Part shown: positions 1 to 13,128 of the stretch, piece after piece
Numbering within the stretch: position 1 is the first letter of the stretch
Layout of the letters: the number at the start of each line of letters is the position of its first letter
Source of the DNA: Mustelus asterias
Lineage: Eukaryota
Direction: 5' to 3'
DNA: 64,000 bases
Assembly (NCBI RefSeq): GCF_964213995.1
Contig: NC_135830.1
Span: 16,058,001 to 16,122,000, forward strand
Made by a program: the position numbers and the translations under genes
Notes under the pieces: model-generated
What the model was told of the DNA's origin: nothing
The model's database searches: none
What the model saw: only the letters and a program-made list of their open reading frames with translations

Positions 1-639
1 GGCAGCAAGATCATTATAATCAGTAAGGAGCATGGAGAACACATGGTTTCCGGGTATACATCTCGATGCAAAGTAACAAAATGCTCTAATTCTGCCGATG
101 ATTCCAATCCAGTGTAAAGGGTAGCCCCTGTTATAATCTGGGTTTATTTTTTGAGAAACTGAGGGGCATTTCCCAGAGACAGGATTGGCTACTCTGCCGG
201 AACTGATGGATATTCCCCGCCAATAAATGAGAGCTGTAAAGAATCGCATTTTCTGGTTCCTTCTGTGTCTCATGTGACTTTCATCATAACTCTGTCTCAT
301 TGCTTCCGTCTCTCTGTTATACCAACCTCTCATTTTTTGTAAACCTCCTTATCGCTATCAAATGACTGGAAATTAATTCAAATAATTCAAGGGGTGACAA
401 CTGATTTTGACAAACTCGACAAACAAAGCTACCCGAAACCACCAGCGGGTGGCGTGATTTACCGTAATTGCGGAGTTTTCACATTGCTACCTGACAATCA
501 ATGTGTCCTTTCTATTTGTCTCATTTAATGAAACCGTCATTACCAGAGACCATGTGAATGGCAGTGTAAATAAGAAACAGCTAAAGTTAACGACATAAAC
601 TTAAGATCACATGTGTTCTCCGCTCTTGGATTGTTTGGA

Positions 640-890
640 AATGGATAATGTTCACCAGATTTAAGCAGTGATCCTTCCTTGTTGATCAGCCCCACTACTC
701 GCCATCAGCAATTGCTGAAGCGATTCATTCCGCTGCTGTCTGCACCCGGGCAAAGACGGTGAAAGCAAAAGTAGTGGAGCAGACCATGGCTGTATTTCGC
801 GTTTTATTGACAGTCATCCAATGGAGCAGCACCACCTTATCCTCACTGCTCACATCCGCACAGCGAAGTGTGTAAACCACCAAGGGAATC
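640..890 (-). pseudogene. Possible highly degenerate TCR V relic
   Basis: Minus-strand translation across a frameshift gives DVSSEDKVV...MVCSTT, then CRQQRNESLQQLL...GRIT...TLSIS, resembling V FR1/FR2/FR3. No clear YYC or RSS. Confidence 0.25.
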
Positions 891-964
891 CTGCAAATCC
901 ATAATATTTGCAGATCGTGCGATGGGCCATTCACCCCATCGTGCGTGCTTGGCTGTCATTAATT

Positions 965-1280
965 GGTACAGTGGTGTCACAGTGGTTAGCACTGCTGCCT
1001 CATAATTCCAGGGATCCGGGTTCAGTTCCAGGCTACGTGGAGTTTGCAGATGCTCCCAGTGTCTGTGTGGGGTGCCCCTTTTCCTCCGACAGTTCAATGA
1101 TGTGCAGGTTAGATGCGTTCAGCATTCCAACTTGTCAAATATTTGTGGGTTAGAATAAATCGCCACGATAAATCTGTGGGGTTACGGTGATGGAGCAGGA
1201 GAGGACCAGGAAAATATGCTCTGTCGGAGAGTCACTGCAGACTCGAGGAGCCTGATGGCCTCCTTTTGCACTGTATGGAT
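965..1280 (+). mobile_element. tRNA-derived HE1-like (V-SINE) SINE, degenerate
   Basis: cagtggttagcactgctgcctca...gggatccgggttcagttcc head and ggagtttgca...tgtgcaggttag core; homologous to the copies at 16480-16780 and 33245-33590. Confidence 0.75.
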
Positions 1281-2029
1281 TCGAAGACAATTATTGATCT
1301 TTTCATCAACTGCATTCCCTAAACTCCATATTCCTTATGCAAACGTAATTGGAGCAGCGCTGGTAAGCTTACTTCCAGCAATGTAGCTCAAACAGACATG
1401 AGAGTTTCTTTATTGAATTTTCAGTCATCTACCGGAATCACTCAAACATTCTGGTTCACTGTGTACCATTCAGGATACCTGTCACTGTATCAAGTGGTTA
1501 GCTGTTTTCCGTCAAACACTTACTCATCTCGAACCTCTTAATGAGGAAGTATGATCTGTATTGCTGAACGTTCCCCTCCAGTTATTTCTCGGATCTGATC
1601 TGCTTTCTTCCCGACTACAGGATACAATAGCAAATCTTCCCTTGTTGGTGTTTCTTCCAACATTTCGGATTATACAAGCATCTAAAATCAATCGTAGGAG
1701 CTATTCGGTTACCTCCTTTACCGACTTCTTGCATAGAATTAATACGAGACAATATAAATCTCCATTACTATTGTTGCATAATTTGTCTGCATATTTCTTC
1801 CACTATCTTCCTTCCCGGTGCAGAGACATGGTGAGGGACACAATAAGTTCAGAGATAGGGTTGTCGAGGTGAAGAGCTATAGAGTGACACGAAGATGTAC
1901 AGATTCCGAAAGATACTGAGAAAGAAACTCCTGATATTGAGTTTGATGTAACGGTTAAAATGCACTCAGTGTAAACGTTTGCATCCCATCTTCTGATTCT
2001 GGTTCGCACGCTGTCTCTCAAAGGCAATC

Positions 2030-2220
2030 AAGAAAGACTTCCATTTATATACCGCCGTTCATGACATCAGGACTTCACAGAGCTTTACACCCAAAGAAGT
2101 CTTCGAATTTTCATCACTGCCTTAATATAGGAGACGTGGCAGTTAATAGGCGCGCTTCAAACTCCACAAAGAACAAAGTGATAATCAGGTCATCGATTTT
2201 AGTGATATAGATTGGAGGGC
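2030..2220 (-). mobile_element. Old SINE fragment (DeuSINE-like)
   Basis: aagacttccatttatatac...caaactccacaaag...gtgataatcagg pattern resembles shark SINE bodies; family assignment is from memory. Confidence 0.4.
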
Positions 2221-2434
2221 TGATGGAAAGTGACATCTGTCAGAAAACCTGTCATTCTGTCATCTAAGTTGCCATTTCCGCTCATCGGTCGCACAGATAT
2301 ACATTCAAGTTCTCATTTCAGGTTTTGGCTCATTTAGTTCCACTGTTGAGGTGGAGGGTGGGTGATGCAGGCTTTATAAACCTATTACTAAGGGTCCGAA
2401 GCTGTGTTGCTGCTGTGTTCTGTATTCTGATATT

Positions 2435-2787
2435 ATGCATCATTTTCTCTTTTTGACTTCGATATTCATTCTTCTCATTCAGGCCAGTGAGGAAATGGAG
2501 GCAGTGTTTCAGGATCCACCGAGTATCAGAGTGAGTTACGGAGACAGTGTGAAGCTAAACTGCAATTATTCGACATCACATACTTCTACTGCTTTCTTCT
2601 GGTATATTCAGCACCCAGAGAAACACCCTCAATATCTTTTGGAAAAAAGGAGTACTGGAAAAAATGTGACTGCCTTTGGGAAGCGGCTGCTTTATGCTAC
2701 TTTAGATAACACAGCAAGAACTGTTCCTTTAAGCATTCACTATGCGCAGTTCTCTGACAGTGCGATGTATTACTGTGTACTGGGACA
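2435..2787 (+). CDS. TCR alpha/delta V segment, apparently functional, leader and V in one exon
   Basis: MHHFLFLTSIFILLIQA leader continuous with VFQDPP..VKLNCNY..FFWYIQ..SDSAMYYCVLG; both canonical Cys and the Trp present; TATA-like tttataaa at about 2373-2380; RSS follows. Confidence 0.9.
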
Positions 2788-2826
2788 CACAACGTTACCA
2801 GGTCAGTCGAGACCCGTACAGAAAAT
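2788..2826 (+). promoter_or_regulatory. 23-RSS of the V at 2435
   Basis: Heptamer cacaacg 2788-2794, 23-bp spacer, nonamer acagaaaat 2818-2826. Confidence 0.85.
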
Positions 2827-3221
2827 GTTCCTTCTTTCTAATATGACGTTTTGACTCCACACAAGGTTGTGATATTTTGCAACTGCAGCAGCAATGTGAT
2901 GTACATTCTATTAACTACATTCAACAGTTAAATTTGTCTGTATGTGGTTCACTATCTCGTCGGTTGGGCTTTCTCCACCTGCTCAGACTCTTTTCGCAAA
3001 TCTCTTTATGTGGTTCCCGCATGCCTGACTGTGAGGTTTGTCATTCTCTCTCTCTCGCTCGCTCCCACATTCTCAGTTTTCTTTTCTCACATTCCCGTTT
3101 TTATCGCCCCATCAGACGCATTGCACTCGGTCTCATCTCCCGTTGATTTGCAATGGTATTAATTATCTCCGAGTATTATCATCCTCTGGGTTGGCATTGA
3201 ACAGAAACTGAGCTGGATTAT

Positions 3222-3298
3222 TGTGTGTTTGTGTGCGTGCGCGTGCGCGTGTGTGTGTGTGTGTCTGTTTGTCTGTCTGTGTTTTGTGCGTGTGTGTC
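3222..3298. repeat. (TG)n/(TGTC)n microsatellite
   Basis: Seen directly. Confidence 0.9.
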
Positions 3299-6200
3299 CC
3301 TATTTCTCTTACTATTCTTTCTGTCTATCGTTTTCTATAGTTCTGCCTCTCTATTTTCACTCTGTTGTTCTCTCAGCTGGACTTATGTCGTGTTCAACGG
3401 TTTGCAACTGTAACAAAATTAATTTTCTCTTAACCACACCCACTGATCCAATACATTAGTGCCTAACGGTATTAGATTGCAGTTTACTGGATCAATATTT
3501 CTGCTCAATTCGGTGACACGATTTCTCAACCAGTTTTTATTTTATATTGTCCCACAAATCTTTCTATTGGTAACATCAATTTCTGATACTATGATCACTA
3601 TTGCTGAGATTTTCTACTTCACCCACCTCCTTCCACATGGAATACAATCACAGAATCATTGCAGCACATCCAAGCTTTCGGCCCTTCCATTCCAGGCTAG
3701 CTCCTTGCAATAACAATTTACCTATATTCACTAGCCGACAGTTCCTAATAACTGTGGAATTTCATTTCATTCAGCTGTTAATGCTATTGCTCTTTGAAAA
3801 CCATGTGCTCATCGGTCTTTGCCACCAATTAATTTAACTGTAGACTTAAATCTACCATCCTGCCTGCGCCATGTATCCTTTGACTCCGTTGTAGATCAGA
3901 AACATGTCCAATTCAGCATTCGATATTTGGAAGGCCACAAAAAAAAACCTGAGAGAAGAAATTCCTCTTATCTCTGCTAAATTGGAGGCCTCTTAATTTG
4001 AAATTGTGCCACGAGTTCTCCTTTCTCCAATCTCCACATCTATGTTGTGAAACACGCTGAGAAAAAGTTATGTTTCCAAATGTTCGTCTCTCATTGATCG
4101 ATATTCAAGTGTATGCCGGCACTTCTAACTAAACATATTGCCACAATTCAAACATTTGTTCCCTGGAAATAACGTAATGAATCTTCCCCGAACAGCTTCC
4201 ATGCACGTATAACCCTTCTTAAATCAGGACACGAAAATTGTGTTGAGGTATGATTTCACCAACACTCTGTATAGTCAGAACATTTTGTTTGCCTTCCTAA
4301 ATATGTACCGTACCTGCAATGCTAACGTGTTGTGATTTATGTACGTATGTACCTCGGTAACGTGCAGTCTGTAGTCTCTCCCAAAATAGTCTTATTTTCT
4401 ATTCAAACCAGTAATCTGGACAATCTCATTTTTGCCCCATTTGCCTCAGGGACAAATGTCAATGTAACCTAATTTTTGGTGATAAACAATGGTTACTCCC
4501 CCGAAGTTCAGTGCGAGCATCACTGTTCTGCACTATATATGTTCCGTGTTCTTGTCATGTTGATTGAAATTTCTAAATATTTCGAATTGTGTCACAGATT
4601 GAGAATTGTACCTTTCAGCTGCAAACGGACAGGTGCAGGCTTGCAGAATTGGTAAATGAGTGAAAGCTGGAATTTAAGGTGATGCATCTTGACAAAAGGC
4701 GTTAACGAGGGCTGATATATGTCAATGCATGGAAGGGGTTCCAATGAAGGAGGTTGCTTTGACCTAGATCATGCCACGTTCCATCTTTGTTATTCCAAAT
4801 GTCGTCCTCAGTTGACTGTGTGAATTCGTTTTCTGCTTTGTCCACTATCCAGGAGCGCAACTCCCTCTGCACACTCATTTTGTTTTACTTTTATGCCTTT
4901 GTTCCATTCCCTAAAGGATAAATCCTTCAGATTGGCACAAGGGGTTTCAACACGAGGAGCCAGGAAACAAACCAGAACGCAACGACGATTTGTTAAGAAC
5001 TGGGAAAAATTTAGATTCGGAATAAACTTATTAAAACAAATGAAAATTGGGTAATATAAATTTTTAAAAGGAAATTTATGAGGACAGCTGAAAGAAGGGG
5101 GTACTGATAAGTGAACTAACATGCCAGTCAGAAAAGCAAGGGTCCACATATATGATTGAGGGAATACAATCAGGTGTGGAAGAGGTAACTTCAATGTGAT
5201 CGTTCAGGGAATTGGAACTTATATGCTCTAGATGCTCATACAGTTGTATAATATTGGTTGCTGTTTGGCAATAAGGGGCATGTCAGATTTCAGGAAAAGT
5301 TGGTTGTTGGAAAAAAAGGGGTTACTTCATGTTAACGTCCGTATTTATAGCCATTAGTGTAGTTACGTGCACTGTATTGGTGTTTTATCGCCATGCTTGT
5401 CATGCGCTTTTTAAAAATGTTAATAAATGTTCTTTATTAAATGATCGCAACAAGACTTGACTGTTCCTCCCGGGTTTGCATATCGTACTAAATGGACACC
5501 AAATTGAAATATAAACCATTAAGCACCAGTGTTCCAAGTTACACCTCTAGGTTCTGGGATACCCTCGTATTTAACATTAGCAGGGTACATAACAGATGTG
5601 TATTAGAGGCAGACAATGTGTGAGAATTGCGAAGATTAAGAAGCCACTTGGTTGAAACCTTGAAGATCCTGAAGGCTGTGACCGGCTGATTTTCTTCCTG
5701 ATGGCCTTAATGTGTGGAATGTTTTCTCAAAGAAAGAGTACCTGCATTTCAACTAGTTCAATGATTCATGCAAGGACAAATCACCAAATAATGTTTCTCA
5801 CTGATTTATTTTAGCACTTCACTTCTGACCTACGAGGTCACTTGACACTTTCACGTTTTGTATCCGGAGGCAGGAATTGCGAGAGGGACGGGGTGAAAAT
5901 TGAATAGTATGGGTATATAGTGTCTGGATTCAGATCATGAGAAGTTCTCAGTGACATGTTTCAACTCCTGTTTGAAGTTGACAGCGTGAATACTCAGAAG
6001 CTATTTCTCCATCCAGATAGTGTGAAGGATGAGAGTTTCAGATTAATGAAGAAGGACTGGAATGATGAGAAATAGCTGCGCTCAAATTGTTGATAATTTT
6101 GGATTTCACGATGAGATCGCTGTGGTTATTCAATTGTTCAACATGTTCAGGATTGATGTTGATGGATTTTGGGGCACTGAATGGCTTAAGGGATAAATGT

Positions 6201-6565
6201 ACAGAGCAGATTTATTGTTTCATGAAAAAGATTGGTCCCAAACATGTTAAATGACAGCACTGATTGGAGGAGCCGAGTGGCCTCTCTTCTCCCGATTCTT
6301 ATTTTCTTAAGAGGAAATCTCTAAGGAAGGATGGAGACAGAATGGAAGGGACAGGTTACATGAGCCTGGTGACCAGAAAGCAGCTGCCTTCTTTACATGT
6401 GATACAACTTTCTTCAATTGCCACCTCAGTGGAATAAAAGGGAAACTCGTGGTAGTTTTCTTACAGAGCTGCTGAAGACCAATTTCACCTCACAAGTCAA
6501 GGTGAAAAATTCTGTGACAAAATATACATTTCGATTTGTAATTTAAACCAAACCTTTTGGATTTT

Positions 6566-8684
6566 CTACTTTACTATGCTTACAGCGAGACTGCCAATAT
6601 ATATTGCTGCATGTTTCAATTCTTCTCGGAATTTCCTCTGCGTCACTGCATAAATACACGTGTTAGTGCAACAGCTCAGCAGCTGTAGCATGTTTCCACT
6701 TTCTTGGCGAATGAATTTTGGGTCATTGAAATTGGATCCTCCGAAATATGCTTCATCTGTAATTTTCACATAGAGGAAATCCACAACGTATGTCATCCAC
6801 AACAGAATGAAACTTCCCGAGATGGCGAAGAGTAAAACAACAGATTTCTTCCTGTTCTTCATTTCTGGATCACTCTGATTATCTGCACTGATGTGAGCCC
6901 GGAGTCGACGGCGGGATCTACTGGCCGCCAGGATGTGTCTGACGGTCAGTGCATTAAACAACAAAATCAGAAGGAATGGCAGAATGGGATTTAATATACG
7001 TGCAAACCAGTCATAGGCTGTCCATGAGAAGGACGTGTAGAAAGCTGACTTTATATTACAAAACCAGGGCACATTGTTCATTATATAGAGCGGTTCATAC
7101 ATAAAATACCAGGGAATGCTTTTTAAACAACTCAGCAAACAGACCATTCCAATCACCACAGCTGCAGTTTTCTCGGTGCAATAGTTTGCTTGCAGTTTCT
7201 GGCAGCAAATTGCTACATAACGATCAAAGGTGAAAACGACGGTTAACCAAACAGAACTCTCCGTGGCTGCATAGATTATCACAGTACTCAGAGTACAGGC
7301 TGGAGTCAACGACATAAAACTTACTGGAAAATAAATGCCAATAATCCGGTTGAATATCACAGCGGTGACAACGACAAGGAGATCCGTCACTGCCATGGAA
7401 ACCAGATATCGAGTGATGCATTTGGAGAGACCACACCTTCCGCGGGAGAGGATCACAATAGCCATCAAGTTAACTGAGAGCAAAAGCAAAATTAAAGTTG
7501 TAAATTTATTCAACAAATTCCAAGCACACGCATGGGTGCTGCGGGTTTTTTGTGACACTTTTGCTGGTTTATCTTCGTTATGCAAGACAGCTATTCTTGG
7601 CTTTTCAAGGTTAATTATATTTCATAAAGAGCTACAAGCGCAGACTCCATTTATGCCGCAAATTTAACGCTAAGGGTGTCTCAAGTCGCTTCACAGGAAA
7701 GCAATGCAGCAAAATTTGACACCTAACAACATGAGGCGATATCAAGTGAAATGCTGAATAACTTGACAATGAGAGCACTTGACACTTAAGGGAACTATAT
7801 AATGAGCAGAGTGAGGAAGAAAGGCAATGGCGGCAATTGCAAAGTTTGGGACCGAAAGGCTGTAGATCTCCGGGTTGCATGTAAAATTCGGCATTCAAGC
7901 TTTGGACCATGTAACAGATAAGCAGAATAGCCTGTAAATACGGTTGTCATATTAGTTACATCTGTGTGGTTAAAATGTATAATGTGATAAGGATTTGGTT
8001 TGGCTTGTTAGGATTCCACGGGAATATTTTCAGTAAGTATGATGTGTCAAATTAACACAATTTAAGGAGCATCAGCTGTGTTTTCATCAGAAATCCTGCT
8101 TGCTGGAAAAATACATTTCCAATCTGTTGAGCAATGACACTAATTGTTCCGTAATGAGAAGTGAAAGAAAAGGATATATATTGTCTGGAGTTTCGAAGAT
8201 CTTGTTGAAACAAACAAACTTCTCGAAAGGCTTGACAGAGTAAATACTGGAAGGTTGTGCCCGCTGATTTTGGAATCATGCCCAAAGATTGTATTGCTGG
8301 AAATGTTTTCTCACGTTACCCCCTGTCGCTGAATGCCCAGGAACTATAGGTTACAAAGATATGAAAAACCTCACCTCGGTATACACATACTGGCAAGAAC
8401 AGCCACAGAGTATTGAATGTGTCAGAGACTTAATGAGTAAGGCTTAAGTTTAAATAAAATACATATTTAAGTGATGAAAAGACAGGCTACCACTGAGTAA
8501 TAATGTTTTAGAAGAAACCTGGAAACAATTATGTCATGTTCTTTATTACCATAATGAGCGCTAACTTCATAAATCAATGATGCATCAAGTTAATGATTTA
8601 GTACCACGACTTACCCGGAACTCCAATGGCAGCAAGAATTGGATAGTAAATGGCATAAACTACACCAGATATTCGCCCGTGCAT
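6566..8684 (-). CDS. Class A GPCR, GPR139/GPR142-like; exon 1 8615-8684, exon 2 6566-7473, 325 aa
   Basis: Exon 1 MHGRISGVVYAIYYPILAAIGVP+G ends at a gtaagt donor. Exon 2 follows a ttgctctcag acceptor (VNLMAIVILSRGRCGLSKC...TFDRYVAICC...NTCIYAVTQRKFREEL). The phase-1 join is in frame (978 nt), with seven hydrophobic segments and no stops. Confidence 0.88.
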
Positions 8685-9109
8685 TCTGTATGAGAAACGA
8701 TGACAGTTAATCACAAAGATTCTCTGTCACAAAGTCACAGGCACCCACATTAATACTGTTGGAAATCTACAGGGACGCAATTAATTTCCAAAATTATTTA
8801 CACTTACTTGAACAAACAGATTCAGCATTCATTTTCCATGTTCATTCTGGGAGGGGTTAGCATATTGCGATATTCCAGGGAGGGGACGATCTAGTCTTTC
8901 TGTCTCTTGCCGCCTGGGTAATTTTGAGTTGAATTACTTAATACTTGGGCAAAAGTAACGGATGCTTATCATGTGAAATGTTCATTATAATGATACAGCT
9001 AAAAAAAATTATAGCTACGAGGCAGCAGGCAGCATAGCTCAGTGACATTAGAACTGATGAAAATCGGAATGATAGTAAGATTTAAAAAACTACTGAAGCT
9101 GGAATCTGG

Positions 9110-9270
9110 AACAAAAACAGAAAATGCTGGAAAATCCCAGCAGGTCTGACAGCATCTGTGGAGCGAAGCGGTCTGACAAAGGGTCATTCAGACTCGAAAC
9201 GTTGGCTCTATTTTCTCTCTGCAGATGCTGTCAGACCTGCTGAGATTTTCCAGCATTTTCTGTTTTTGTA
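9110..9270. mobile_element. Short palindromic Penelope-derived element with a degenerate hammerhead motif
   Basis: aaaaacagaaaatgctggaaaatc...cagcatctg and cagatgctg...ttttccagcattttctgttttt inverted arms; central ctgacaaagggtca...cgaaacgtt. Confidence 0.6.
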
Positions 9271-10196
9271 TCGAAATGACAGTGACCGTCACATGCTATC
9301 GAATGGCCTCATATAACAGAAGTAGGAGTCCCATGCAACATATAAGTTCCTCATAAAATGTAAGTCATTCCCAGACAGTACAAATGATGCCGACAGACTC
9401 CACCGACCATCACGCCACAATAGCATGCATTCTCACAAACACATTCACACAGCACCGGAAACATCATGAAACTGCCCAATGCGCACCACGTGGGAGCTGT
9501 CAAAAAATCCGACAGAAGAACATATGGAAATTAATAGATATGTTGATAACAATCCCAGCCCTCTTGACTATTCCACTCGTTTCTTTCCATGTTTATTTTT
9601 CTCTGGACCCCATTTCTATTGTGCTAGCTAGATTCTCCTTGTTTTCTGGTGTTTTAAAGCTCTGGTTATTTATTTCGTAGTCGTTGTGTCATTCATGAAT
9701 TCACTAGGCTCTCTCTATAATATTGCTTCATCATGGTCCCCTGTTTGATTAGGATACAGGGACGAACAAAATCGAGATTGTCTCTTCCGTCGCGGTATTA
9801 TGTTACATAATGGCATGCACCCCTCAGAAAGCATTCATTTTGCTTTGCATGTCGATTGTTTGAAATCTGTTTTAATGGACCCAAACATTCATTCCCTCCA
9901 CCACCAATGCAGCCGTCTGCACCATATACACGATGCACTGCAGGGACTCACCAAGCCTCCTTAAGCGGTACATTTCAAGCACACAACAGCTGAAACCTAG
10001 AAGGACACATCGGAACACTATCACTTTCCAGACTTGGAAATGTACTAGATTCCTTCACTGTCCCTTGGAAAATATTCTGGAATTCCCTCACTACCAGCGC
10101 TGTGGGTTTATATACACCGCAGCGACTGCAACCTTTCAAGAAGGCGGTTCACCACCACGTTATCAAGGGCAATTAGAGATTGGCAATGTCTACTGG

Positions 10197-11568
10197 AATA
10201 GGCCCGTGAGCCTTACATCTGTAGTGGGTAAATTGTTGGAAGGTACTTTGAGAGACAGGATCTACAGGAATTTAGAGATGCAAGGACTGATTAGGGAGAG
10301 TCAGGATGACTTTGTGAGAGGAAAATCATGTCTCACAAATTTGATTGAGTTTTTTGTAGGGGTAACCAAGAAGGTAGATGAGGGCAGTGCAGTTGACGTT
10401 TTCTACACGGACTTCAGCAAGGCCTTTCACAAAGTACCGCATGGTAGATTGTTGCATAAGGTTAAATCTCACGGGATCCAGGGTGAGGTATCTAAATGGA
10501 TACAAAATTGGCTTCTTGACGGAAGCCAGAGGTTGGTTGTAGAGAGTTGTTTTTTCCAACTGAAGGCCTGTGACCAGCAGTGTGCCTCAGGGATCAGTGC
10601 TGGGTCCACTATTATTTGTCATTTATATTAATGATTTGGATGAGAATATAGGAGGCATGGTTAGTAAGTTTGCAGATGACAGTAAGATTGGTGGCATAGT
10701 GGACAGTGGAGAAAGTTATCTTCAATTGCAACGGGATCTTGATTGGGCCACTGGGCTGACGAATGGCAGATGGAGTTTAATTTAGACAAAGGCGAGGTGA
10801 TGTATTTTGGTAGTTTGAACCAGGGCAGGACTTACTCAGTTAATGGTAGGGCGTTGGGAAGCGTTACAGAACAAAGTGGTCTCGGGGTACATGTTCATAG
10901 CTCCTTGAAAGTGGAGTCTCAGGTGGACAGAGTGGTGAAAAAGGCATTCGGCATGCTTCAATTCATCGGTCAGAACATTGAATACAGGAGGTGGGACGTC
11001 TTGTTGAAGTTGTACAAGACATTGGTAAGGCCACATTTGGAATACTGTGTGCAATTCTGGTGACCCTATTATAGAAAGGATATTATTAAACGAGAAAGAG
11101 TGCAGAAAAGGTTTACTAGGATGCTACCGCGACTTGATGGATTGAGTTATAAGGAGAGGCTGGATAGACTGGTACTTTTTTCTCTGGAGCGTATGAGGCT
11201 GAGGGGTGATCTTATGGAGGTCTTTAAAATAATGAGGGGCATAGACCAGCTAGATAGTCAATATCTTTTCCCAGACTTGCAGAGTCTAAAACTAGAGGGC
11301 ATAGGTTTAAGGTGAGAGGGGAGAGATACAAAAGTTTCCAGAGGGGCCTTTTCTTCACACAGAGGGTGGTGATGTAGTAGTGGAGGCGGGTACAATTTTG
11401 TCTTTTAAAAAGCATTTAGACAGTTACATGGGTACGATGAGGTATAGAGGGATAAGGGCCAAATGTGGGCAATTGGGATTAGCTTAGTGGCTTAAAAAAA
11501 AGGGGCGGCATGGACAAGCTGGGCCGAAGGGCCTGTTTCCATGCTCTAAACCTCTATGACTCTGTGAC
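10197..11568 (+). mobile_element. CR1 LINE, 5'-truncated, frameshifted RT
   Basis: [29 protein letters not shown] and FADD motifs; 8-bp TSD tctactgg at 10189-10196 and 11569-11576; empty site in the paralogous flank at about 23925-23945. Confidence 0.92.
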
Positions 11569-11896
11569 TCTACTGGCATCGCCAGCGAAGCCCACATCCC
11601 CTGAATCAATAACAATAAATAATCTATTCGAAACCAAGTCGAGCATGCCACCCACAACTGTCGATTACCTGCTGAAATTCTGGATTCTCGCTGCCGGGGG
11701 TTTCGACTGAAAATTCACAGCTCAGTTCCCCATTTAAATACTGGAGTTTCATTTTAAACTGTGGGCGTGGCCTCATTCACCGATGTTCGGGTCTGAAAGA
11801 CTTCAGTGCAGCTCTGAGATCCAGTCTCCCAGAGCAGTCCAGCTCTGTCGTCTCAGCTCCCTGGCATATAAACCGTCAGCTCCAGACAGCAGAACG

Positions 11897-12380
11897 ATGG
11901 GAATCCTTCTTGTTTTCACCCTGTGTGCCTGTTTACCCTGATGAGTACCGATCAAACTAACCCACATTGTGTGGATTGAATATAAAGTTGCTTCGTGTCC
12001 ATCTCAATTACAGACACTGTCTCGGATTTTAGCCCCTTTGTTTGGTTCGGCTCTGATGGTCCATTAAACTCTCTGTGTTTAATTTCCAGGATCTTTCAAT
12101 CAGCCAGTGACACAGAGCCTGGCAGCGTTGACCAGGAAGGAGTGTCAGTCTCTTACCATCACCTGTGTTTTCTGTGAAGTTCATGATTTAGAAAATGGTC
12201 ATTTTTTCAGACAAACCCAGACCGGGACGGAGCAGGAGCGCGTCACCAGCGGAGGGAGATTTATTGTATTGGTGAATAAAGCAGAAAAGACATTTTCACT
12301 GGAAATTCGGGATGTGAGAGTTGAAGACAGTGCCACCTATTACTGTAACGTTCAGCACTGGTACTACTCACATAGGACAC
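11897..12380 (+). pseudogene. NAR-TCR V (IgNAR-like), cassette 1; leader about 11897-11939, V exon 12090-12380
   Basis: MGILLVFTLCACLP leader with broken donor (ccctgatgagt vs ccccgtgagt in cassette 2, giving TGA). V: QPVTQSLAALTRKECQSLTITC...ERVTSGGRF...EDSATYYCNVQHWYYSHRT, with a VNAR-type short FR2/CDR2 and an FR1 Cys. Confidence 0.88.
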
Positions 12381-12408
12381 CGCATTCGGAGAGAGTTCGA
12401 CAAAAACC
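12381..12408 (+). promoter_or_regulatory. 12-RSS of NAR-TCR V cassette 1 (heptamer mutated)
   Basis: cgcattc + 12 bp + acaaaaacc; aligns with cacagtg-12-acaaatact in cassette 2. Confidence 0.75.
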
Positions 12409-12742
12409 TCAGGATAATCAAAACAGTAATTCCCAGCAATTCCCATGTTCGGTAACTTGACTTGTCGGTTTGATGTTATTCCCAGTTCAATCTAGTTTAA
12501 TTTCATTTTAATTTCCACCTATCAGTTATAATTCTTCCAGGTTTTTCGCCATTAATAAGAATCTTGCATCTCTGCTCCTGTTCCTGGGATATTTTACCAG
12601 GAACTCAGAGAGTCACAAGGAAAAGTTTGATCCAATGAGGTTTTTTTTAAACAACCAATGTTCATTATTGATTCAAATCCCCTGAATAATCGAGAAACAC
12701 TGATTGCTCGGTAATGGCTGCTCGGCAGTTTGAGGTGTCAAT

Positions 12743-12833
12743 CATTCTTGTGCTGGGCTGACTGAGAGCGCTGACACTGTGGGGAGAATGGAGATTGCAG
12801 ATGGGTCTGGGGCGGTGGTGACTGTCACAGCCG
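12743..12833 (+). pseudogene. NAR-TCR J cassette 1 (23-RSS 12743-12781, J 12782-12833), splice donor lost
   Basis: cattcttgt-23-cactgtg, then DGSGAVVTVTA; donor is ataagt instead of gtaagt. Confidence 0.88.
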
Positions 12834-13128
12834 ATAAGTGACTCCTAATCCTATTGTGTTGCAGCCTGTTTAGGTTAGTGTTCACCGTCAGTTTAAATTC
12901 GTTATCAGCATCACTTCAATTCTCTGCTTCTAAAGCAGGGTGCTTTCCAGTGGAAGATTTTCAATTGCAGATTTAGACTTGGGAGCAGATTAAGAAACCG
13001 AAGAGTCTCACAACTCGAAGAGTCAGGCTATGAGACCAGATTGAAGCAATGTGAGAACCCGAAGGACAGGTATCCCACAGGGAAGGAGGTTCAGCTCACT
13101 CGATCTGGACTATTATTGGTTTAAGGAA

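Noticed and set aside
7474-7585. N-terminus MHNEDK... of the 339-aa GPCR ORF
   Set aside because: Intron sequence; there is a proper acceptor at 7474 and a better first exon at 8615-8684.
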